DNA of 64,000 nt from the human T2T-CHM13v2.0 reference genome, Homo sapiens: the NCBI RefSeq assembly GCF_009914755.1, contig NC_060947.1. The stretch is one strand, 5' to 3'. The notes beneath the pieces are model-generated. The model was not told where the DNA came from. It made no database searches and saw only the letters and a program-made list of their open reading frames with translations. This document shows positions 22,958 to 64,000 of this stretch, piece after piece; positions within the stretch are counted from its first letter, which is position 1, and each line of letters begins with the position of its first letter. A program made the position numbers and the translations under genes.

Positions 22958-24142
22958 TGTTACTGGAGACGGGTCCCTATCTAGATTCCAAGAGAGGGTT
23001 CTTGTGTTGTACCCGAGCGAGTTAGAAAAACGCCACACTTTGAGACGATTTAAGAGTCCTTTATTAGCCGGCGACCGAGAGACGGCTAACGCTCAAAATT
23101 CTCTCGGCCCCGAGGAAGGGGCTTGATTAACTTTTAGATCTTGGTTTAGGAAGGGGAGGGCGGGGGGTCTAGTGAAAACCATTTTACAGAAGTAAAGTAG
23201 GCAAAAAGTTAAAAGGATAAATGGTTGCAGGAAAGTAAACAGTTCCAGGTGCAGGGGCTTTAAGACTATTATAGACGCGAGGCTTTGGGCGTTACTAATC
23301 AGACGAATTCCCGGGAACTGCGGATGTAGCTCGCCACAGTATCTTATCAGTTAACTGCATTCTTGGATGTGCTGGGAGTCAGCCTGCACGAGTTCAGTCC
23401 TTGAGGAAGGGGCTGCCAGTGAAAGAGCCAAGGTGGAGTCTGGCTGGCTCTCTTAGCTAAGGGAGAGTCCATTCAGGTGGAAAGAAGGCTAGGTGAGTAG
23501 AGGAAAAGGGAGAGTCTAAAAACAGGTTAGTAAAAACCAGGTTGGGCATTACACTTGGATCTTGCGGCAAGAAAGAATTCGGGGCGAATCCATAGAGTAA
23601 AGTGAAAGCAAGTTTATCAAGAAAGTAGAGGAATAAAAGCATGGCCACTCCATAGACAGAGCAGCAGCATGGGCTGTTGGTTGCCTTTTTTAATGGTTAT
23701 TTCTTGATTAGATGCTAAACAGGGGTTGGATTATTCTTGAGTTTTCTGGGAAAGGGGTGCGCAATTCCCAGAACTGAGGGTTCCTCCCCTTTTAGACCAT
23801 ATAGGGTAATCTCCTGACATTGCCATGACATTTGTAAACTGTCATGGCGCTGGTGGGAGTGTCTCTTAGTATTCTGTGCTTTATAATTAGCATATAATGA
23901 GCTGTGAGGACAGCCAGAGGTCACATTTGTCACCTCTTGGTTTTGGTGGGTTCTGGCCAGGTTCTTTCATGCAAGCTGTTTTATCAGTAAGGTCTTTATG
24001 TCCTGTATCTTGAGCTGACCTCCTATCTCATCCTGTGACTTAGAATGCCACACCTCCTGGGAATGCAGCTCAGCAGGTCTCAGCCTCATTTTACCCAGGC
24101 CCTATTCAAGATGGAGTGGCTCTCATTCGAAAGCCTCTGACA
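22958..24142 (-). mobile_element. MER41B-type solo LTR interrupted by an LTR6-type element
   Basis: Termini tgttactgga...ctctgaca, 4-bp TSD gcaa (22954-22957 / 24143-24146), tandem GAS motifs. Confidence 0.82.
23005..23553 (-). mobile_element. LTR6-type (HERV-S71 family) solo LTR nested in MER41
   Basis: tgttgtacccgagcgagttagaaaaacgccacac...gttgggcattaca; perfect TSD cttg (23001-23004 / 23554-23557); CpG-rich, so relatively young. Confidence 0.75.
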
Positions 24143-24652
24143 GCAAGATTGAAATAGCTTCAGGAGGGCTCATCCAGCTCATGGGCTATTCTGAACCTCT
24201 CTTTCCTTCCTTCATTACTGTCTTCTACCCCAGTTCGGGTCATGTGACTTGGTGACTTGGCCTCTGTCCAAGAACACTGAGATATCTTATTTGTCATTTT
24301 GTACACTGGTCAGTGATCTTGCATTCAAATGGATTTCTTCTCTCAGAGGGGAGTCCATTGGGGAAGTGAAGGGTCAAAGGCCAGCCAGAATTCATAGGAT
24401 AGAGTCGGCAGAGAGCCTGGAAAGCGGGAATCTTGTTGATGGCTGGCAGAGGCCAGTATAGGCATTCTGCCTTTTAGGAGGTTGCGTAGAGTCTTGTAGA
24501 AGACAATGGCAGCTGTTTGGGCATTCTTTGGCAGTGTTGTGGATTTTGCTGTTGCTATGGTCTCAATGCTTGCCTTGAACATTGTGTGCCTTGAACATTC
24601 ATGTGTTGAAACTTAATCCCCAAGACAATAGTATTAGGAGATGGTGCTTTTA

Positions 24653-24997
<345 letters not shown>

Positions 24998-25602
24998 TCA
25001 AAATATAAAATTAAATTAAATTAAAAATAAAATAATGAATAAAATAAAATTAAAAAGGTGAGCCATTGTGATGGATGGAAATCACGTAAACCTGGACCAA
25101 TTCAGGCAAAGATGTTGATGGGACATCACGGGTAATAGCCATTCCTCAGAGACTACCTGCCAAATTGCTCCCCAGCTGTCTTAGTCAATTTAAGCTGCCA
25201 TAAGAAAACACCATAGACTACACGGCTTACCCCAACCAGCATTTGTGGCTCACAGTTCTGGAGGCTGAAGTCCAAGGTCAAGGAATGGCAGATTCAGTGT
25301 CTTCTGAGGACCCACTTCTGTTGCCTGGTCCAGGCTAAACTGTAACCATAATAGGTTCGTTGCATGCAGCATGTCTGTACCCCAACTCTCAGGGCTGCAG
25401 AAGAGAAAGAGGTTTAATCAAAAAGAAAGAAAGAAAGAAAATGAAAATGAAAGAGACACACAGAAACATTCCACTGGTTACAGCTCAGCGTTTGCCTTAT
25501 TTGAACATGGTTAGAACAGTTGGCTCCCTGTGAGTGGTTGAAGTATGGCTGCTGGGATTGGTGGAGATGTCGCTTGTTACAGAAGCATACTCTTAAGTTA
25601 GG

Positions 25603-25951
25603 TGATATGGTTTGGATGTGTGTTCTCACACAAATCTCCAGTGTTGAAGGTGGGGCCTGGTGGGAGATGACCGGATCATGGGGGCAGCGGTTTCTAATGG
25701 TTTAGAGTTCTCACGAGATCGGGTTGTTTAAAAGTGTGTGACACCTCCCCACTCTGTCTCGGTCCTGCTCCAGGCATGGTAAGACACGCTTACTTCCCCT
25801 TTGCCTTCTGCCATGACTGTAAGTTTCCTGAGGCCTCCCCAGCCATGATCTCTATACAGCCCGCGGAACGATGAGCCAATTGAACCTCCTTTCTTTCTAA
25901 ATTATCCAGGCTCAGGTAGTTCTTTACAGCAGCGCAGGAACAGACTAATAC
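25603..25951 (+). mobile_element. MST (MaLR) LTR nested in an older ERV-type LTR
   Basis: tgatatggtttggatgtg...aagtttcctgaggcctccccagcc...cagactaata. Confidence 0.75.
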
Positions 25952-26109
25952 CTTAGCTTTTCAGTCCGCCCGCCTACCTGCCAAGTTAGGTTACGGTTCA
26001 CCCACAAGGACTCAAGTATGAGAGTACAGAGACATTCTCAGGCCAGATTTTAGTTTGATTTAATAGTTCAGATTCTTCTGCATCCCTGTATCTTCAGAAA
26101 TAAGGATGT

Positions 26110-26444
26110 TCCCTACCATTTGATCCAGCAATCCCATTACTGGGTACCTACTCCGAGGAAAAGAAGTTATTATTTGAAAAAGATAAGATACTTGCACATG
26201 CATGTTTATAGCAGCACAATTCACAATTGCAAAAATGTGGATCCAGCCCAAATGCCCATCAATCAATGAGTGGATTAAAAAAACTGTGATACATATATAT
26301 ATACACACACACACATATATGTGTATATATATATATACACACATATATGTATATATATATACACACACACCCATATATATGTATATATATACACACACAC
26401 ACATATATTCATTCCTTTTTATGGCTGAGTAGTATTCTATCATC

Positions 26445-26480
<36 letters not shown>

Positions 26481-26484
26481 TATA

Positions 26485-26530
<46 letters not shown>

Positions 26531-26915
26531 GATGATAGAATACTACTCAGCCATAAAAAGGAATGAATGAATGGCATTCACAGCAACCTGGATGGAATTG
26601 GAGACCATTATTCTAAGTGAAGTAACTCAGGAATGGAAAACCAAACATTGTGTGTTCTCACTCATAAGTGAGAGCTAAGCTATGAGGATGCAAAGGTGTA
26701 AGAATGACACAATGGACTTTGGGGTCTTGTGGAGAAGAGCTGGAAGGGGGTGAGGGATAGAAGACCACACACATTGGGTTCAGTGTATACTGTTCAGGTG
26801 ATGGGTGCACCAAAATCTCACAAATTGTCACTAAAGAACTGACTCATGTAACCAAATACCACCTGTTTCCCAAAAACCTATGGAAACAAAACAATTTAAA
26901 AATTTTTTAAAAAGA
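26110..26915 (+). mobile_element. L1PB-like 3' end with embedded (TA)n/(CA)n repeats and an inverted duplication
   Basis: gatccagcaatcccattactggg...cagcaacctggatggaattggagaccattattctaagtgaagtaactcagg...gtaaccaaataccacctg. Confidence 0.8.
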
Positions 26916-27850
26916 AATTAAGGATGTTTCTTTCCTCTGGGTATTAAGGCACCTTTCAAATGAGGGTGGTTTGACCTGCTTCAGGAGAGAAAGATGAGAG
27001 GAAGGTCAGAGAGACCATCCCGCTTCTGCTGTTTTCTCCAATGCCAAGGGGCCATGTTTTGGGGCGGCACGTCCTGAAACCCCTCACAAGCAACATAAAT
27101 GAACCTGGATTGCTTAAACAACACCATCCAGGCATGGTGAGTGTGTGGGGTCATTCGAAGAGTAAGGAACGTAGAAGAGCTAGTGTTATAAAATGGCGAA
27201 ATCAAGAACAGCCTGTGGACAGCATGCAGCGGTGGCTTTATGGGATTACTGTTGTGAGATGCTCAGGGTGAACGTGGGAGAATCCAAGCCTGAGACCCTG
27301 GCTCCTCCTTGGCTTGGATCGGGGAGAGCAGAACACCTTGATCTACTATCCCACCTTGTCCCCTGTAGGGAAGTAGAAGAGCCATAGCCACGTGAGGTGA
27401 TGTCCGTAAAAGAGCGAGATTGCTGTGTGACATACAGAACAAAGCCCACCGCCACATTCTCCCTTCCTGATTCTTCAGCCTGATCAGAATGTGGCTTTGT
27501 TCATAGACTAATGGCTAAATTGGCAAAATGCCCCAAGATACGGAGTTGCAGTTGCGAAAGAGCCACGATTGCTGTGAAGATTGTAGAAGCTGTGATCTGC
27601 AAAGCACGGAGAGCAAGGCCTGGCTCATGTCAAGGACTCAATAAATGTCACAGCTGTACTCATTATTTTTACCCTGAGGCCACATCCTGGCACAGGGAGA
27701 AGGGTGATTATCCATTATACGAGGTCTGGCTGTGGATTGGGATGGCAGTGCATTAGCTGTTTCTTATGTGCATATAGAGAAGTCTGCTCAGGGGCTGTGT
27801 CTTTGCAAGCTCATGCCCTCTAAGCAGCTGCTTTAGAACAGGTGAAAATT

Positions 27851-33738
<5,888 letters not shown>

Positions 33739-33838
33739 TTATGATTACATTAGGCCCACCCAAATAATCCAGAATCACCTCCCCATATTAAGACACTTAA
33801 TTTCATGAAATCTGAGAAGTCTGTTTTGCCATGCAGTG

Positions 33839-34286
33839 TGATATGGTTTGGCCGTGTCCCCATCCAAATCTATCTTGAATTCCTAAGTGTTGTGGGAGGG
33901 ACCCGGTGGGAGGTAATTAAATCATGGAGGCAGGTCTTTCTCATGCTGTTCTCGTGACAGTGAATAAGTCTCACGTCTTTCTCATGCTGTTCTCGTGATA
34001 GTGAATAAGTCTTTCGTGATATGCTGATCTCGTGATAGTGAATAAGTCTTTCTCATGCTGTTCTCGTGACAGTGAATAAGTCTCACGAGATCTGATGATT
34101 TTGCGCAAGCTCTTTTCTCTTTGCCTGCCACCATCCTTGTAAGATATGACTTGCCCCCCCTTGCCTTCCACCATGATTGAGGCTTCCCCAGCCATGTGGA
34201 ACTGTAAGTCCATTAAACTTCTTTCTTTTGTATATTGCCCAGGCTTGGGTATGTCTTTATCAGCAGTGTGAAAATAGACTAATATA
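33839..34286 (+). mobile_element. THE1 (MaLR) LTR with an internal ~4x tandem expansion
   Basis: tgatatggtttggccgtgtcccc...gtgaataagtctcacgagatctgatg...gactaatata. Confidence 0.82.
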
Positions 34287-34309
34287 CAAGGTGACATTAT
34301 ACAAGGTGG

Positions 34310-35540
34310 TTAAGGGTTGACTGGTGTTTCTTCCCCCACAATTCATATGTGGAAGATCTATCCCCTCTCCATCTGTGAATGTGACCTTATTTGGAAATGC
34401 AGTGTTTACAGATGTCATTAGTTTAGATGAGGTCATCCTGCAGGAGGATAGGCTGTAATCCCATGACTGGTGTCTTTATGAAAAGAGGAAATTTGGACAC
34501 AGACACACACAGAGGAGAACACCATGAAACCATGGGGCAGAGACTGGAGTGATACAACCAAAAACCCAGGAGCACCTGGAGTTGCCAAGGTCTGGAAGAG
34601 GCAGGAAGGATCCTCCCCTATAGCCTCCTGAGGGAGTACAGCCCTGAGACACCTTGATCTCAGCCTCCTGGACTCCAGGACTGGGTAAGGATAAGTATCT
34701 GTTGTTTAAGCCCCTGGTTTGTGGTAACTTGTTATAGCAGCCACAGAAAACTAATTCAGACATATTCATAGACTCCAGGGATTCTGATGTCTGTATCTTG
34801 AACAGCATGAGGGATCATTATTAAGCCATTGGCAGGGCTCGGTTCTAATTGTGGCCATGGATTGCCTTTGGTCTGTTGGACACGTCCTTTTCTCTGGAAC
34901 AGCCATGGCAACTCCATGTGATTAGATTAGGATGGGATTCTAGGGTGGAGATCCCATTCCAACCATGGGTGGACATTTAATCCAGGAACGGCCAAGTCCT
35001 TCAGCCATAATGATTGGTACCAAGATGGGTGATATCGTTTGGCTGTGTCTCCACCCAAATCTCATCTTGAATTGTAGTTCCATAATGTCCTAAACATTAG
35101 AAACGGTAAATGTTAGCTAACATGGCAAAAGGGACTTTGCGGCTATAATGAGTTAAGAATCCTGAGATGAGATGATCCTGGATTATCCTGATGGGTTCTA
35201 AGTAATCACAAGAGTCCTTATAAGAGGGAGGTAGGAGTGTCAAAGTCAGAGAAGGAGATGTGAAGAGGGAAGCAGAGGTCAGAGAGAGAGAGAGAGAGAC
35301 TGGAGGATACTGTGCTGCTGGCTTTGAAGATGGAGGAAGAAGCCATAAGCCAAGGAATACCACAGCCTCTAGAAGAGGGAAATCTCAAGGAAATGGATTT
35401 TCTTTTGGAACCTCCAGAAGGAACCAGCCTGCTGACACCTTGATTTTTCGACTTCTGATTACCAGAACTATAAGAAAAATTGTGTTATTTTAAGCAATTA
35501 AGTTTGTGACATTTTGTTACAGCACCAATAGCAAACTCAT
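34310..35540 (+). mobile_element. MLT1-family LTRs (MLT1B/C-like 34310-34760; MLT1D-like 35095-35540)
   Basis: gtgaatgtgaccttatttggaaat, ggcaggaaggatcctcccctatagcct and catggcaaaagggactttgc motifs. Confidence 0.7.
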
Positions 35541-38500
35541 ACACTCCTTTAATGGTCTTTTAACCTCAGGTCCTCTCTCTCTCTCTTTCTTCTCCTCCTC
35601 TTTCCCTTCTCCTTCTTCTTTTTCTCTCAATCTCTCTCTCTCTCATTCTCTTTCTCTCCATCTGTTCTCTCCAGAAGGGCAGATGAACTTTTTATTTACA
35701 TGGGGGCTCTTGAGTCCATAAGAGAGAAGTCAGAAGCTGCCAGGTCTCCTAAGTCTAGGGCAGGAAGGATAGTATCAGCATCACTTCTGCGGCATTCTGT
35801 TGGTCTATGCAAATCAGAGGCTCATCCTAGATCCAAGGGGAGGAAAAAGGCTCCAACTTGTAGCTGGGCTCATTTGGAAGGTAATGGGAGGACTTGGCAG
35901 CTGTAAGACATGTACCACATCTAGACTTCAACCTACAGAAAAGTCCAAAGATACACCAACAGCAGCCCAAGTTAGTCAACTGAAGCTGGCTCAAGGCTGC
36001 CCCCTTTAGGTGGAGACTAACCAGCTCCCTGACATCCTTCAGTTAACTGCACCTTCCTCCTTTTTGCTGCCTGGAATGTCTACATGCTGCCTGGAGCTAT
36101 GGCAGCCATCTTGTGACCATGAGGCAAACCCTATGTGCAAGAGCAGGAAGCTGGAAAGAACCTGTCAGCCCTGGATTGCTTCCTCTGTGACCCCCATTAC
36201 CTGGGAGAGAACACATCTTTCTCTTGTTTAAGGCGTTCTTATTCCCAGTCGCCCTCTCTCCCCTGTATAACCCTAAAAGCACAGGAGTACACTTGTGACT
36301 GTGACTTAAGTTTTTCAGAACGGGGGAGTTTGGATTGTTTAGTCCTCTCTCCATGAATAGTGAATAGCAATGCCAGGTGAGTTCCTTCAAAGCTGGGGGG
36401 TGAAGGGGTGGAGGTGGAAAAGTAGGATTGAGGATGGGAAATAAAAACAAACAAATGACACCATCCAGGGAGATTTGTCACATTTTATTCAGTATTTCTG
36501 CTGCACTGCCAGCCTAGGGATGCACTTGATTCCCAAGAAATGCAACTGTCCTATTCGCAGAGCCGTCCACAGGTACCTACCCCCTGGACTGCAGCAACTT
36601 TATTACCTTAACTAGCACAGAACAGAGGTTGATTTAAACTCCTTACACTCACTTCTCAGATCAATGAATGGGCAAAGAAACACCTCATGGCTCTGGGAAG
36701 GCATGCTGAGACCCGTTTTTGCAAGTCCTGAGGAATGGAAGAATATAGCTGCCAGGTATCCCAAGTCTAGGGCAGGGAGGGTAGTATCGGCATCACTTTC
36801 ACTGCATTCTGTTGGTCAACGCAAGTCAGAGGCTCAGCCCAGATCCAAGGGCAGGGAAGAGGCTCCATCGTGTAGTTGGGCTCACTTGGAAGGTAATGGG
36901 AGGAGTTGGTGGCTGCTTTAAGACACATACCACATCTAGATTTCAACCTCCAGAAAAGTCCAAAGATGCACTCACAGGAGCCCGTTAGTCAACTGAAGCT
37001 GGTTCATGGCTCTCTTCTTCAGGTGGAGACTAACCAACTCCCTGACCTCCTTCGGTTAAGTGCTCCTTCCTTTTTCCTGCTGCCTGGAATGTCTATGTGC
37101 CATCTGGAGCTATGGCAGCCTTCTTGCAACCATGAGGCAAACTCTATGTGCAAGAGCAGGTAGCTAGAAAGAGCCTGCCAGCCCTGGGCTTATATCCTGC
37201 TTCCCAGGGAGCTTAAAGATAGCAAAACCCACAGCCATTTTCATCAAATGCCAGGAAATTCTTAGGCTGGGATTGTTGGGATTGTTTGAATGGTTGAGCG
37301 TGAAAGACTTGTTATAATGGGCTTGTTGAATACGGTGAAAGATGAGATGGCTTTTAGCTGCCTCCACTCCCCGTGTCCCATGCTCCATAGATGTTTCTTT
37401 TTTTTTTTTTTTTTAATCATTTTTTGGTTATGCCAGGTGTCTCCTGTGTGTCCCTCCAGATCCCTCTCCAGCCCTAGAAACCTGAGCTCTATAAATGTTG
37501 CCTCTCTCCACTCATCTTCTCTTTGGCTTCAGGTTGAGTTCAGCCAACAGATGCCCCTGTAGGATTTGGACACAGGGAGCCAGGGGAGAGGGGCATCAGC
37601 TGCCTGGTTAGCAGGGCTGTGATGATTCTTCTACCTATGACTCTCAGTGCTGTTGCCTCTTCCTCTGGATCTTGGAAGCTTCCATGCTGAGGTCTGAAGG
37701 TGGCTCCCTGCCTCCCACTGATGTCCTTAGAATCCCATCCTCACCTAATACCTGGTATTGAACACTGCCTTTCTTAGATGTCATTTAGGCTCTCGTTTCA
37801 ATTCCCAGTATGCTTCCTGCAAAGACCTCGATAGATGGACTGAGGGGAATAGTGTAAGGTCCTCCCATCCCCAGTATTGGGATCTAGGGGCAGGGGGTCC
37901 CAGCTGTGCAGTAGGTTAGGACTACACTTCCATCATCAAAGCCACAGAGGGAAGAGGTGAGGATGAAACACACTAGAATTGACTTAGAAAACACACTGGC
38001 CAAATCTTAGCTATTTGAGGAATGTAGGGAGAAAAGCCACCTTCTCTCTCTATGTCTGAAGGTTCCCATGGCTGTCTCTTTGCCCAAGGGGCAAACTTTC
38101 CATCAGGGCATCTTCTGTGCCTCTGAGGATCATTTTCCAATTATAGGCAATGGTAGTACGTGTTTCAGTGCAGAATGAGATAGAGTTGTTTAATTTGACA
38201 ATAAAGCGATGCGTCAAAAACCTCAGTCAACACAGTAAGTGTTTTCTTGTTTTCCTGCTGACCAACCTAATTCTGGTTTCATACAGGGCAGCCAGGTGCC
38301 CACCTAAAAGACTGCACTTCTCAACTTCCAGTTGTTTCTATGGATAATGGTTGGAAGCAGAAATTGGGTTGGGGCTTCCAGATAATCCCCCCTCACAGGG
38401 ACTGCTTCAAGAGAAAGGGATGCCCTTTGGTTCTTTCTCCTTTCCACTGCCTGGAATGTGATGTCTGACACTGTGGCAGCCATACTGGCATAATGAGGCC

Positions 38501-38630
38501 AACTCTCTGCCATGCTAAGAGTGGCAGAGCTGGGAATTGAAAAGAGCCTGCTAGCCTTGGGTTGCTTCCCCTTGATCGGCTCATTACTTGGAAGAGAACA
38601 CACCCTTCTCTTATTATTTTCTTTAAGGCA

Positions 38631-38927
38631 TTTTTTTTTTTTAAGGCAGGGTCTTACTCTGTCTCCCAGCCCGGAGTGCAGTAGTGCAATCTTAGCTCAT
38701 TGCAGTTTTGACCTCCCAGGCTCAAATAATCCTCCCGCCTCAGCCTCCTAAGTAGCTGAGACTACAGCTGTGCGCCACGACATCTAGCTAATTATTTGTT
38801 TTTTGTAGAGATGAGGTCTCACTGTGTTGCTCAGGCTGGGTAGGTGTCTAACTCCTAGGCTCAAGTGATCCTCCCACCTTAGCCTCCCAAAGTGCTGGGA
38901 TTACAGGTGTGAGTCACCGTGCCTGGC
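38631..38927 (-). mobile_element. AluJ-like element in ARSD 3' UTR
   Basis: Alu consensus; TSD tttaaggcatt at 38622-38632 and 38932-38942. Confidence 0.88.
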
Positions 38928-39317
38928 TTTGTTTAAGGCATTCTTTTTCCGCAGCATCTGTTACCAGCAGCCTGAAGCCATTTCTATAACAATATCAGGA
39001 AGACACATGGACAGAGACCCTAATGTATGAAAAATGCATCAATTATTTGAGATTAATGAGTCCTCATAAACAGAGACTGAGAGGCTCTAACTTTCCTCCG
39101 CTATGTGAGAGTAGGAACAGACACTCCTCCCTGTCCTTTTGTAAGGCTGTTATGTCATCTAGGTGATGAAATTGCAACAATGCTTTAAGACGGAGGGGTG
39201 AAAACATCGGGCATTGGCACAATGACGAACCCTGAGATTTAGAAGAGGAAGAGGAGGCATCAGTGGGTGCCTACTGGGACAGTCTTATTTCACAAATCAG
39301 GAAAGGGAAACCCTACA

Positions 39318-39629
<312 letters not shown>

Positions 39630-39757
39630 GTGGGGACCCACTCTCAGTCCAGGGCATGTTCCTTGCAAAAAGGGAAGCTGAAGATAGAACCAAGCTTGGA
39701 GAATTTTGTTTGCAACGCAGTCAGGCTCTCCTGGATCCTCTCTCACAGTCCTGGCAT

Positions 39758-64000
<24,243 letters not shown>

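Noticed and set aside
24300-24582. Unique-looking intergenic ORFs (24343-24582; also 17458-17778 and 27041-27756)
   Set aside because: No similarity I can recognise to sulfatases, glycogenin or other proteins, and no convincing splice-site pairs; a tBLASTx or conservation search would be needed.
37200-38600. Antisense lncRNA overlapping the ARSD 3' UTR (ARSD-AS1, recalled from annotation)
   Set aside because: Its exons and promoter cannot be derived from the sequence alone, so it is not reported as a feature.

Overview
Human genomic DNA recognisable as Xp22.33. The + strand carries the last three coding exons and 3' UTR of GYG2 (glycogenin-2; 8309-~15330). A ~21 kb repeat-dense intergenic stretch follows, then the complete, convergently transcribed ARSD gene (arylsulfatase D) on the - strand. 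ARSD has 10 coding exons, 61753->39758, totalling 1782 nt (593 aa + stop), all GT-AG and in frame, with a CpG-island promoter and a ~3.3 kb 3' UTR. An alternative terminal exon in intron 6 (47259->47111) gives a 382-aa short isoform. Most of the rest is Alu, L1, ERV1/MaLR LTRs, DNA-transposon relics and GATA-type microsatellites, and nearly all ORFs in the supplied track are repeat artefacts. I see no wholly new biological system. The best leads are a duplicated sibling of the ARSD short-isoform terminal exon, a perfect fold-back inversion at a TA microsatellite, a MER41B-type LTR with intact tandem STAT (GAS) sites, a recursive-splice-like site at ARSD exon 7, a 110-bp copy of GYG2 3' UTR fused to an LTR fragment, and inverted Alu pairs in the ARSD 3' UTR and around exons 5 and 6. 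Gene, isoform and repeat-family names come from recalled sequences, not database searches.
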